The notes beneath the pieces are model-generated. The model was not told where the DNA came from and searched no databases. It saw nothing but the letters and a program-made list of their open reading frames with translations. Shown piece by piece: positions 14,026-25,813 of a stretch of DNA of 64,000 nt. Source of the DNA: Octopus vulgaris (taxonomy: Eukaryota); NCBI GenBank assembly GCA_951406725.2, contig OX597818.1, positions 103,230,001-103,294,000 on the forward strand. Reading direction: 5' to 3'. Position 1 is the stretch's first letter. Every line of letters begins with the position of its first letter. The translations under genes were made by a program, and so were the position numbers.

Positions 14026-14158
14026 TAAAAATTATAAAATTATGTCATTATAAGAAGGGGAAAAAAGTTTTTTCCAATATTCTCCAGACATATTGACGCA
14101 AATATATATATTCTTTAACATTTAAGCCTTCTGTCGTTTTTTCACTCTTTACTATTTT

Positions 14159-14210
<52 letters not shown>

Positions 14211-14975
14211 GGTAACGTATCGTCTCATTTTCCTATGAATTCGTGTGCGTAAGTGGTTATGTGTGTTTTAATTTCTTCACAAGATTTAAATTTCGAGATG
14301 CACATAGAAAAACAAACACATGCACACAAGTTTCCTTTTATATACGTGTCTTTGTGCATGCATGTGTGTGCGCGTGTGCATGCGTGTGTGTGTCTCCGCG
14401 TGCTAAGCGTGTGACATATATGATAGATCAGTGTCAAAACATTACATATGCTAAGTTATATCGCAGCTCGAATTTATAGAGATATATACTACAGGAGAGA
14501 GCGGGATAAAAACACTACATTGCTATCATAGTTACAGAGCAGATATCAGCATAATGTTCGAGAAAGGATCTCTAGCGAACTGATGCGAGAACTGTAGCTA
14601 CACAAACTCCACAGACACACACATACACCGGCATATAAAAATACATACTGAGTGAAAAATGAGGTAGGCAAGTACATACAAAGAGTTGTTGTTAGAGGTA
14701 CATATGTAGTTCATTGCCTATTTAACTCGAGATCCAGACTGTAATCAAATTCCATTTACAAGATCTATAACCTTTTAAAGAAGGAGTCGCGTTCATAGGA
14801 ACAGACATTCGTAGATGTAAAAATGATTGGGAAGGAGTGAAATAACAAGTTGCAGGCACATGGCTTCAGCTTCATTCCCTATGTTCGGTATATTATCAGC
14901 GAGACCACCGATGCCTTATGAGTGGCAGTGATTTCGGTAGTCGGAAAATGTATAAGAGACCGTATTATATATATA

Positions 14976-15245
14976 CTAGCAGTGTCACCCGGCGTTGCTC
15001 GGGTTTGTAAGGGAAATAACTATATAAGCATTTTTAGAGAGTTATAGCCAAAAAGTAGCAAAAAAAATGCATTAAATATGGAAAAAATTTACGGTAATTT
15101 TTTTTTTAAATCGTTGACTCATCGTAGACATTTTTAGAGAGTTACTTCCCTTATATAATAGAGAAAAATGCATTAAAATGGAAAAAAATGATGGTAATTT
15201 TTTTTTTAATCGTAGACTCATCGTAGATGCGCGCTAATACTTGTT
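14976..15245 (-). mobile_element. Helitron 3' terminus (non-autonomous)
   Basis: Minus strand ends in GC hairpin ACCCGAGCAACGCCGGGT, about 8 nt, then CTAG|T; internal ~100-bp duplication. Confidence 0.7.
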
Positions 15246-15759
15246 TCTGGGTTCGATACATGTGGAAAGATTTCATCCGTTCCTATGACGTTATAAACAT
15301 CTGTACTAGCAATAAACAAATTTGAATTTCAAATCGATGAATTTATGTCTCTGCAAAAGACTTCACGGCGCCTTTGTCAACAAGATTTCTAATTCAATGA
15401 GAATATATTGATAATTTGTTTGAAAATAAGCTATGAGATATACGATTGCCTTTCAACTCTATATTTGAGGTCAATGTGCGTTATTATCGGATGCTAATCA
15501 TTGCAATCAATTTTTATTGGCTGTTTTATTTTACTGCTTGTACTACGAACACAGATTCGTTATCACACACATAGAGGTACGCATGCATACACACATACAC
15601 ATCTATATATATATATATATATACATACACACATACATACACACACATACACATTTTTTCCTTTTCTTTCTTCTTTTTTTTCTCTGCCCAAAAAGGAAAA
15701 GCTCTACTTTGTAATCTGTCCCCTCTGTGTGCAGCCCTGTGTGGCAAATCAAGAAACAA

Positions 15760-15791
<32 letters not shown>

Positions 15792-15798
15792 TATATAT

Positions 15799-15843
<45 letters not shown>

Positions 15844-16121
15844 CAAACACACACAAACACGCACATGCAAACTTTAAAGGACACAAAAATGTAAGCCTAC
15901 ACACTTAACGAATTTTTTTTTCCATTTCCTTTTCCTTTTTCCTCTTTCTCTGATAAAGCTCAAATCATTCTGACGATGTTTGTTACATGGAACTAGATAA
16001 ATGCAAGTTTACTCCCAAAATGGGAAACTGAAAGATCTCTAAATGTTAATTATAATTATAATTAAACTATGACTATAAAATACCAATGATCAACATGTAA
16101 TTGTTAATTGTTGCTCCATTT

Positions 16122-17150
16122 CTTCTCTTATATAAATATATGGATATTTTGTCTGTCTGTCTGTTCCCTAAGCATTCTCAAACGGCTCGATCAAATGAAA
16201 TATTTCAAAGTTATATCAGACCCCGTGAGTGTCAACATGTAATTATTGTTTCATTTGGATGAAAAAAAATAACATTGGCACTGGTTCGGTATTACTTGTC
16301 AAAAGTGAAATAAGATCTGTATTGTAATGTAATATAATATTGTCTCACTTTTATTTTTAATCGTAAGTTCTAATGTGATAACACTAAAGTCATCTTATTT
16401 CCATTATATTTGAAATAAATCATTAATTTATATCTTAATCTGAAGAACATTACGCATCGACAACTCTCCGTCTTTACGGCCACGGCAGCGAAATGGTGTG
16501 TCACTGTATGTGAGTTGACTGTCATAACGAACGGCTGGAGGTAAAAGTGCTGAGAAGAAACAATGATATAGCAGGTCCAAGGTATATAAAAGTATACATT
16601 TACTTTTCGATTACAAGTTAATAACTATCGCAGCACTTGTAACTTTGCTAGTTATTTACAGTTACATATATATCCTTAAATTAACATTTAATACATGTGC
16701 TTAATATATACATTAAGAAATTTATCTATAATTATTATTGTGGGATTTACCGTTAAATTAGAAGTTAATACATGTACTTCTGTTTGGTTAATGTGCTTAT
16801 ATTTGGTTAATTTACACTGCATACAAATATAGAGACATACTACATATATACAAACGCTTACAAGATTAATGAGATTAATGTATAACTTTTTCTATGTTCG
16901 CAATTTGTATCTTACAATATTGAAAAAAATATGCCATCAAAGAAAAGATGTAATCTCTCCAAAAACAAGTATAAATCAATGAGGATTGTAGAAAACCGAA
17001 GGCGAGAGTTTCAAGAAAGAAGGGAGATGAGGCTTTCTCAAGATCAGCTAAGGCATGTTGCAGCACGTGAGATGGAGTCTCAATATAGAAGGGAGATGAG
17101 ACTTTCCCAAGATCAGCAAAGGCATGCTGCTGCATTTAATACATGCAGAC
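16122..17150 (+). mobile_element. Helitron 5' remnant with RepHel N-terminus-like ORF (16931-17182)
   Basis: TC start followed by (GTCT)n; ORF MPSKKRCNLS...RREMRLSQDQ x2 (69-bp repeat) resembles the R/E-rich N-terminal repeats of animal Helitron RepHel. Confidence 0.5.
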
Positions 17151-17274
17151 TATGTATTGAAAGATTGATGTGGCTCTGCTGAGGCCCATTGCTCGTAGGA
17201 TGTGCACTAGCGTAGCTGCAGAAAAGCTCTAAAATCAGGAGGACAGCAAATCCAAAAATAAAAATATTTGAGGA

Positions 17275-17322
<48 letters not shown>

Positions 17323-17349
17323 TGTGTGTGTATACACACATACGTATAC

Positions 17350-17685
17350 CTGTATATACAATGTGACGCTTCGTCGATTACGACGAAAGCGGTCCATTTA
17401 ATCGGATCAATGGAACCACTTGCTCGTGAAATTAACGGGCAAGTGGTTGAGCACTCCACAGACAGGTGTAACCTCTACGTAGTTCTCATGGAGCTTCAAC
17501 GTGACAGAGAGTGTGACGAGGCTAGGCATTTGAAATACAGCCACAACTAGTTTTTGCCAGCTGGGACGACTGGAGGAACGTGAAATATAGTTTCTCGCTC
17601 AAGGACATAACGCATGACCGGGTATTGAACTCATAGCCTTACAAACGTGAGCCCACAACTCTGAAAACTAAGGCACAAGTCTTCG
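17350..17685 (-). mobile_element. tRNA-type SINE family D
   Basis: Homologous to 57715-57963, 35535-35670 and 60715-60972 (gtgtccttgagcaagacac core, gtggagtgctcagccac). Confidence 0.7.
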
Positions 17686-17863
17686 TATATATAAAGTAAT
17701 TATGAGGAATTATGTACATTTTTACATTATTTAATTATTTACATTTGACGGATACTAACCCTCATCTTTTTTGTTGTTAACACACCGTTTCGGCTGATAT
17801 ACACTCCAGCCGTCTTGGGGAATTTTCGAACCTCGGTTCTCACACTCCGAAGATATTTTTCGA

Positions 17864-17894
<31 letters not shown>

Positions 17895-18562
17895 CTTCTT
17901 CTTCTTCTTCTTCTTCTTCTTCTTCTTCTTCTTCTTCTTCTTCTTCTTCTTCTTCTTCTTCTCCTTCTTCTTTAGGAATTCGTCTTCTGTAGTAAATCCC
18001 AGTCTTTTCAAACCATTAATACGATGATTCCAATTTTCTTTCTTTCTTTCTTTCTTCCTTCCTTTCATTCTTTCTTTCTTCTTTTCTTTCTTTCTTTATT
18101 TCTTCCCTTCCTTCCTTTCTTCCTTCCTTCCTTCCTTCCTTCCTTCCTTCCTTTCTTTCTTTCTTTCTTTCTTTCTTAGTTCCTTCATTTATTCGTCTAT
18201 ATATCTATTTATTTATTTATATCATTGAACGGATTTTAATTTACACCAGCCAGCTCTTCGGCATGCAAAGGTAGCAATGCGATACACAACAGAAAACACA
18301 CACACACACACACATAAACATACATAAAGCGTACAAGGCATATCTATATGTGTAGCTATATCCATAGGTTCATACCTACACAGAGAGACGGAGAGAGAGA
18401 CATAGTGAGTAAGAGTGGGAGAGGAATAGAATAAGAAAGAGAAGGAAGTATAAGCTAATACCTACATAAACATATACGTCACCGTCTCTCTCTCCATTTC
18501 TTTTTCTCTCTCTCTGTTTATCTATCTATCTATCTATCTATCTATCTCTCTCTCTCTCTCTC

Positions 18563-18605
<43 letters not shown>

Positions 18606-19228
18606 AGAGAGAGAGAGAGAGATAGAGACATATACATATATACATATGTGTGTATGTATGTGTGCATGCATGCACTCATGAATGTTTCTAGCACAACTAT
18701 TTAGTCAATATTTAATTGCTTTATAAGTTTGCCAGCTTAAAAGTGATTTACTGTAATCAATTTACTTCGAATAACCTTCTTTCCTCGTCTCGTTGGTCTA
18801 GGATTTGCATCAGTTTGCGGAAAAGAAACGAAAAATGAATTCGTCCTAATCTAAATATCAATAATAATTCTTCGCTAATTCCAGACAGTTACGATTCTAA
18901 GAACTTTATATTGATTGTAAATATACTCTTCCGCTTTCTTTATCTTCAGCAAGATGCACAATTATTTCCCTTATGCACGTCTGCGCACAAAGTAAAAATA
19001 CACTGAATGTCTCATAGAGAAATAGAGAATTATATAAATACTTGTAATTTAATACATATATGCATATACAGATTTACCCAGCAGAGTTGATGCATATCTG
19101 GATATTAATTTACAGAAGCAAAACGCATATATGCTTAAATAACAGAATCAGACACAGCCATTGCCTGTGTGTAAATATATATATATATATATATATATTT
19201 ATCATATGTGACAAGTATTTAGTTGCCA

Positions 19229-19375
19229 TGATAAATCCTCGATGTTTCGGATGTCGGGGCGGAAACCCGCACAAGGTATCTCTTCATTTATAGATGCAAT
19301 CAAAATATGCCCCAATAACTGAAGAGATGCCGATGCGGATATCCGCCCCGACATCCGATGGTCGGAGTTTTATCA
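19229..19375. repeat. Fold-back element with a decayed hammerhead-like motif in each arm
   Basis: tcggatgtcggggcgga/tccgccccgacatccga and ggtatctcttca/tgaagagatgcc; CTGAAGA at 19319. Confidence 0.7.
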
Positions 19376-19500
19376 AGACCACGGAATAATTGTCACATAT
19401 TACATTTACAGATAAATTCCTCTATTTACATAATATCAAGGTCTCTTTCTTTCTTTCGTTGTCTTACCGTTTTTATCAATATATATATATATATATATAT

Positions 19501-19913
19501 AGGTGCAGGAGTGGCTGTGTGGTAAGTAGCTTGCCTACCAACCACATGGTTCAGGGTTCAGTCCCACTGCGTGGCATCTTGGGCAACTGTCTTCTGCTAT
19601 AGCCTCGGGCCGACCAATGCCTTGTGAGTGGATTTGGTAGACGGAAACTGAAAGAAGCCTGTCGTATATATGTATATATATGTATGTGTATGTATATGTT
19701 TGTGTGTCTGTGTTTGTCTCTCTAGCATTGCTTGACAACCGATGCTGGTGTGTTTACGTCCCCGTCACTTAGCGGTTCGGCAAAAGAGACCGATAGAATA
19801 AGTACTGGGCTTACAAAGAATAAGTCCTGGGGTCGATTTGCTCGACTAAAGGCGGTGCTCTAGCATGGCCGCAGTCAAATGACTGAAACAAGTAAAAGAG
19901 TAAAAGAGTAGAG
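19501..19913 (+). mobile_element. tRNA-type SINE family A (CORE-like), full length
   Basis: A box gtggctgtgtggtaag; B box ggttcagtccc; core catcttgggcaact; internal (TA/TG)n; tail taaaagag repeats. Confidence 0.9.
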
Positions 19914-20103
19914 TATATATATATATATATATATATATAGTAGTTGTATACTGTCAACTTAATGTGACAGTCCCATGAAGGGAATCACACCACTGCTATT
20001 TAGCCCTAGAATGCATGAACGCTTCCTGTCGGCCTTGACACATTTCACGTGTCGTTATGTTTACAGGGGGGGTAGACAAGCACCTGCACCCAGCTAAGCC
20101 TGC

Positions 20104-20149
20104 ACTCAGAGAATAGTTTCTGAGTCTTTGCTCGTCATCAGTCTGGAGT
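20104..20149 (-). ncRNA. Minimal type I hammerhead-like motif
   Basis: Minus strand: ACTCCAGA-CTGATGA-C-GAG(CAAAGA)CTC-A-GAAA-CTAT-TC^-TCTGAGT. Confidence 0.7.
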
Positions 20150-20150
20150 A

Positions 20151-20182
<32 letters not shown>

Positions 20183-20188
<6 letters not shown>

Positions 20189-20314
20189 TATATAGAAGGA
20201 GCTTCTACAGGACTAGTACTGTTTCATTCAAGAGAAATCTTCAGGAAGCTTCCTGAAGATTTCTCTTGAATGAAACAGTACTAGTCCTGTAGAAGCTCCT
20301 TCTATATAATAAAT
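20183..20314. repeat. 132-bp perfect spacer-less palindrome containing an HHR-like core on both strands
   Basis: Centre gaag|cttc at 20248/20249; CTGAAGA-T-TTC(TCTT)GAA-T-GAAA-CAGTACTAG-TC at 20253-20286. Confidence 0.92.
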
Positions 20315-20380
20315 TAATTTTACTCTGCTATGTATTGAGTACCTTACTTACTGTGGTTAACCCCGAATCAACCCGGGACC

Positions 20381-20433
<53 letters not shown>

Positions 20434-20631
20434 AGGTTTGGAGATGATGTACATGTATTTTATATTCGAAGAAATGAGGTACTCAGAAAATCGGATGGTT
20501 TATATTTACATATATTTATTTGTATATTACATTTTTTATACATCATATAACTTAGATCATGTATTAGCGCTTTGTCCCATTCTAGTGGGGTTTTCAAACC
20601 AAACTAAGTTCATGTGTGAAAGATTTTGACC

Positions 20632-20662
<31 letters not shown>

Positions 20663-20664
<2 letters not shown>

Positions 20665-21188
20665 CAATAATAATTCTCTAAAAGAGATATAGACAGTAAC
20701 TGCTCGATAACATAAGGGACTAAAGCCATCTGAATATGGCTAGGGACAGGGCAGGGTGGTGGGGGTGTTACTGTTGCATTTAGCCCCAGGCGAACATCGA
20801 CGTCACCAGAAAGGCTCGACACCGTCACGGTGTCCTTAACCTGCAAAGGGAGGTAATTCCCCGATGAAGCGGAAACCACACACGGACCATGGTTTCAAGG
20901 TGTATTGCCTATCGTCGGCGTGTGGTAGGCTTCCGCTTCCTCGACGAATTCTCACTCTGCAGGATATTCATATATAGATTTTCAAGCAAAATACATTTGC
21001 TGATTTCGAAAATCTGTTCGAAAGCAATAATAATTCTCTAAAAGAGATATAGACAGTAACTGCTCGATAACATAAGGGACTAAAGCCATCTGAATATGGC
21101 TAGGGACAGGGCAGGGTGGTGGGGGTGTTACTGTTGCATTTAGCCCCAGGCGAACATCGACGTCACCAGAAAGGCTCGACACCGTCAC
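20663..21188. repeat. 166-bp identical direct repeats (20663-20828 and 21023-21188) flanking an HHR hairpin
   Basis: Exact match by eye at a 360-bp offset. Confidence 0.92.
20875..20926 (-). ncRNA. Minimal type I hammerhead-like motif (U4C variant) with extended helix I
   Basis: Minus strand: ACCACACG-CCGACGA-T-AGG(CAATACA)CCT-T-GAAA-CCATGG-TC^-CGTGTGTGGT; helix extends via ttccgcttc/gaagcggaa. Confidence 0.7.
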
Positions 21189-21269
21189 AGTTTATTTTGG
21201 TGGATATGAAAGGAAATGTCACCAGTCCACAATCAGCGTACTAATGTGACACTTGTTTACTGGTCATGC

Positions 21270-21440
21270 TTCACAAACCCTGCGAATGAATTCTTGCAGT
21301 TCTAAGCAATGCTGATTTTTGTACCTTCACATTTGCAGCGATCTTTTTCAGCCATGTTTGTAGGGGAAAGTATTTTGCGTAGGATATGGGCAGTTCCCAT
21401 GAGTATTATCTTTTGATCTTCTGCCATTTTGGGGTTCCCT

Positions 21441-21442
<2 letters not shown>
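21270..21442 (-). mobile_element. Two R4/Dong-type LINE C-terminal fragments next to (TAA)n
   Basis: Minus strand: GNPKMAEDQKIILMGTAHILRKILS and TWLKKIAANVKVQKSALLRTARI, matching the QK..LLGTA.ILR C-terminal motif. Confidence 0.7.
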
Positions 21443-21507
<65 letters not shown>

Positions 21508-21518
21508 CATCATCATCA

Positions 21519-21574
<56 letters not shown>

Positions 21575-21899
21575 AATCTATTGCATCCTTCTTTAGATAA
21601 CAGTAATGTTATCTTATGGTTGTGGAGAGGGTGACTAGCCTCACATTTTGAGAATCTCCTTTATGATTTGTGCAGTATACAGTTTGGCAAATTTCCACAT
21701 GTCGAAAACGCGTATTTCAGTTTAATATTCTTCCGCCCTTTATGTTGCAGTTTAAATGTGATTTTGGTTGAATGTATTACCACAGGAACAATTATTAACT
21801 ACGTCTTTCACGATAGTTTCATCTTTGAAGCAAGGTCTGATATTTTCGGATTTCCTGAATTTCAGTGGTATGCATTTTATTGTTATATAGAACTTTTGA

Positions 21900-22185
21900 T
21901 GTCTATAATCCCATGTTTCCCCTCTAAAATCGTATCGGTTACCACTTTTCATATTATCAGCGTGAACGGAGTAATCTCAGAAAATCCTGTAATTATCATC
22001 TTCATACCACTTTTCTATCTCTTTGTATCCGCCCACTCGTCTATCATTCCCTTGTATGCATTTACAGGTACAGTCATGCCTGTACTTGTACTCGTTTTGT
22101 GCTAAATTGCAGTATTTAATAAAGAAATGATTAATACTTGATATTTTCGTCTCTCGTCCCGCACATTCAACATTCTTGATTGGGT
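21900..22185 (-). mobile_element. Fossil R4/Dong-type LINE: CCHC knuckle + start of the restriction-like endonuclease
   Basis: Minus strand: EC*MCGTRDENI/INH..KYCNLAQNEYKYRHD...KWYEDDNYRIF*DYSVHADNMKSGNRYD. Confidence 0.7.
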
Positions 22186-22599
22186 TTTATTAAATTTTTT
22201 GTTTATAGAGCTCTTTCTAATAGATTTTCCCTGAGCATATATAACTACCTGCTTATTTTTTCGTTTCGGGTTTCTATTTCCCAGGCATAGCTATCGTTCT
22301 TTGCGTGCAACATCCTTAATTCTTTGGCAGAATTGGGCATGCAATTCCCTCTTCTTCTTTTTTAAATTCTCCTGCTATTTTAGTAATATTTTTAACATTT
22401 CTGGCAGAAGACTTTCTTTCTTTCCTACGCACAACATAATTTTACCAGCATGATATTACAGTTCTCTTGCTGTCTTTCGCGTTTAACGCATATCTCATAC
22501 TCCTTTCTTGTTCAGTGGAGCCGATTGATATTACTTCTAGGGTATAGCAAGTTGCACAGTTTGAACATATTATTTTCAATATTTCGCCGTCCTAAGATG

Positions 22600-22800
22600 A
22601 CAAGCTGGCAGAATCGTTAGCTCGATGGGCGAAATGCTTAGCCCCATTTCGTTCGTCTTCACTTTCCGAGTTCAATTTCAGCCGATGCCGATATTACCTT
22701 TCACCCTTTCTGGGTTGGTGAAACATGTATCGAGTCGATCTGATCGACTAAACCGCATCACCTGAACTTGCTGGCTCGGTGCCAGAATTTGAAACCAATA
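22600..22800 (+). mobile_element. Degenerate SINE family B
   Basis: agctggcagaatcgttagc...gagttcaatt...gccagaatttgaaacc. Confidence 0.7.
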
Positions 22801-23542
22801 TTACGGCATCCTACCTGTTGATGTAAATTCCGATTCCCCACATATTTAACGTATTTTTCGAAACAGTCATAGAAAGAAAATCGGAAATTTATTTGAAAAT
22901 ATAATTTAAGATATTTCCAGAGATAAATGATTTTCAGAATATATTGTCTTCCTTAAATATGGGAGACAAAGTTAGATTCCACCGAGGTCTAAAGCCAGTG
23001 AATAAGCTTTTTAATCGAAACCACAAATTTGTTGTGTCATATAGAAGGAAAACCGAGAGACAAACATGATTTAGTTGGAAACGGTTGTACTGTGGCGATT
23101 GGCTGACATACAAATTTCTGTAATTAGAGTGTTTTCGTTTGAACTTAGTTCAGTGTAGCGGCATGGGTATTTGCTCTGAACACCGCAGTAGTATTCTATA
23201 ATAGTAATACAAACAATACTCTAGTAATACAAATGATTATACGAACCCTTGCCAAATGGCAACAGATTCTAAGGCAATTGTATGCAAAATGTGAACAGCA
23301 AAATCACAGCAGTTGCAATCATAATGTAAACAATCGCTAATATATGAACGACAGAGAAAAAAACAACAACAAAATGAAATACTGAAGGTGTAATGCCTTT
23401 ACCAACAGCGACGACAGCAATAACAACGTTAACAACGACAGTTGCAGTGATAACATCAACACTATGAAGAGTGGTAAGACCAACATTAGCAACCTGACGG
23501 GTTGCTACTCAGTCTAATGTCAAGCCGGTTGAGCATCAACAG

Positions 23543-23925
23543 AGGGCGCAATGGCCCAGTGGTTTGGGTAGCGGACTCGCAGTCGGAGGATCACGGTTTC
23601 GATTCCCAGACCGGGCGTTGTGTGTGTTTATTGACCGAAAACACCTAAAGCTCCACGAGTCTCCGGCAGGGGATGGTGACGACCTCTGTTGTACTCTTTC
23701 GCTCCAACTTTCTCTCACTCTTTCTTCCTGTTTCTTGTCCCCGACTTCCTACGCAACCGCTGAGCCTGGATGCGCATTCATCCATCCGTCGATGCTCTTG
23801 GTGTCGGGAGTTGACCTGCTTTCTCTTCTGCGGGTCTTACGAATAGCAAAGGACCACGTTTCGGACTTCTCCCACTACAGAGAGGCGATCTTGCGAGCCC
23901 TGTGACTAAGACCGCTTCGCTCAAC
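23543..23925 (+). mobile_element. tRNA-derived SINE family C
   Basis: Head gcgcaatggcccagtggtt..ggactcgc...ggtttcgattccc; near-identical copies at 24681 and 51525. Confidence 0.88.
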
Positions 23926-24680
23926 AAACAAACAAGCATCAACAGAGCAAAACGACACATCTCTAATACGATGAAAACTAGCGTCTCTACTCTGGTAGAC
24001 GGCTATATACTTTTGAAACTGGCAACAAATCACTGTAGCAAGACAGATCATAACCTGTCTCATTTGCTGGAGTAGCAATGTGAGTGAAAAACAACAACAA
24101 CAGAGGTAACATTCAATGCATGCGAAATTCTCACGTGAAAGAAAACTGCAAAGTTCACGCCAGAAGTGTAGCTGTAAGTGTTTCCAAATTCTAAAACATG
24201 CATACTAATAAACATATGTTTCGTCGTATGTGAGAAAAGTATATGCCAATCTAATTATATAAATGATCTGGGAGCCGTTAAGGGAATGACATATTTTGAC
24301 TCTTACGGTCGCATTACAATAGACAAATCTGAAGTTCCTCTGAGATGAGGACACTTGCGAGAACCTACATTTCTAAATTATCATTAGCAAAATGTTGGTA
24401 ATAGGTTTCTTATGCAAAATCGAATTTGGAGTGTATTACTAAAGCGGGGAAATAGGCATGAAATATAAAATGGCTGACATCTTGACAAACCAAGGGAATG
24501 AACTGTCGTAGTAAAGATTTGAAAAAATGATTCGTGACAGATGTGGAGCTCCTTATCCTAACGTATAAGATTAATAGTATTTGTTACTTCAACGAGCTGA
24601 AGGTATATGTGGCGGGTATGTGATATCACCAAACATCTAAGGATGTTTGCTGACTACAGAAACAGCATGAACAGCAAGTG

Positions 24681-25050
24681 GAGGCGCATTGGGCCAATGG
24701 TTAGGGCAGCAGACTCACGGTCGGAGGATCACGGTTTCGATTCCCAGACCGGGCGTTGTGTGTGTTTATTGAGCGAAAACACCTAAAACTCCACGAAGCT
24801 CCGGCAGGGGGTGGTGGCGACCTCTGTTGTACTCTTTCGCTCCAACTTTCTCTCACTCTTTCTTCCTGTTTCTTGTCCCCAACTTCCTACGCAACCGCTG
24901 AGCCTGGATGCGCATTCATCCATCCGTCGATGCTCTCGTTGTCGGGGGTTGACTCGCTTTCTCTTCTGCGGGTCTTACGAAGAGCAAGGGACCACGTTTC
25001 GGACTTCTCCCATATTGCGAGCTCTGGGACGAAGACCGTTCGCTCAACAG
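24681..25050 (+). mobile_element. tRNA-derived SINE family C
   Basis: Same body as 23543 copy; (CAA/CAG) tail. Confidence 0.88.
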
Positions 25051-25544
25051 CAACAGCAACACCATCAACAACAATATTGAATAAGCTTTTGATCACACAT
25101 TTCAAAACGAGGCCTTCTCAATTGAACCTTCAAGGATACCGTTATACAGACTTCCCATCCAACTTAACCTTTAGATTTTTTTAAACGCCAGCGCTTTATA
25201 ATTTGAGTATGATTTTATTAATATTTCTAGCATTTAGTGGTTTAATTTGTACGATCAGTTCTTGCTTTTTTTTTGCTTGTTTGTCTTATGCGTTTATAGT
25301 TAGTATCTGAATATTAATGTGATGTTGGTATATCAATCGAAAATCACAAAAAACAGCACTGGCAGATTAATGCCAGACAGCTATTTAAATATTGATATAT
25401 CCATATAATGTTTATTAAAAGGAACTAAACCATTATCTGTAAATAGTGCCGCACTGGTATATGAATAAATAAATATATTCACATATATATACATACACAC
25501 ACACACACATATATATACATACACACACACACATATATATACAT

Positions 25545-25643
<99 letters not shown>

Positions 25644-25773
25644 CATACATACATACATACATTCATATACATATGTGTAGATAAACAGATAGATAGGTAT
25701 ATATGTATATATATATATATACATACATACATACATACATATACATAAATGTAGATAAACAGATAGATAGGTA

Positions 25774-25813
<40 letters not shown>

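Larger units (their letters stand above)
10811..14168 (+). mobile_element. Penelope-like retroelement with inverted pseudo-LTR copies
   Basis: RT + GIY-YIG coding region; 10811-10943 is the reverse complement of 14020-14168 apart from an internal indel; the right end runs into (TA)n. Confidence 0.93.

Noticed and set aside
20760-20840. HDV-like ribozyme on the minus strand (GGCTAA resembles J4/2)
   Set aside because: No P2 partner and no P3/L3 nested pseudoknot could be formed
21668-22105. 145-aa hydrophobic plus-strand ORF
   Set aside because: Antisense shadow of the R4/Dong fossil
23543-23612. Functional tRNA gene (also heads at 19501, 24681, 46741 and 57900)
   Set aside because: tRNA-like heads continue into multicopy SINE bodies; acceptor stems are incomplete
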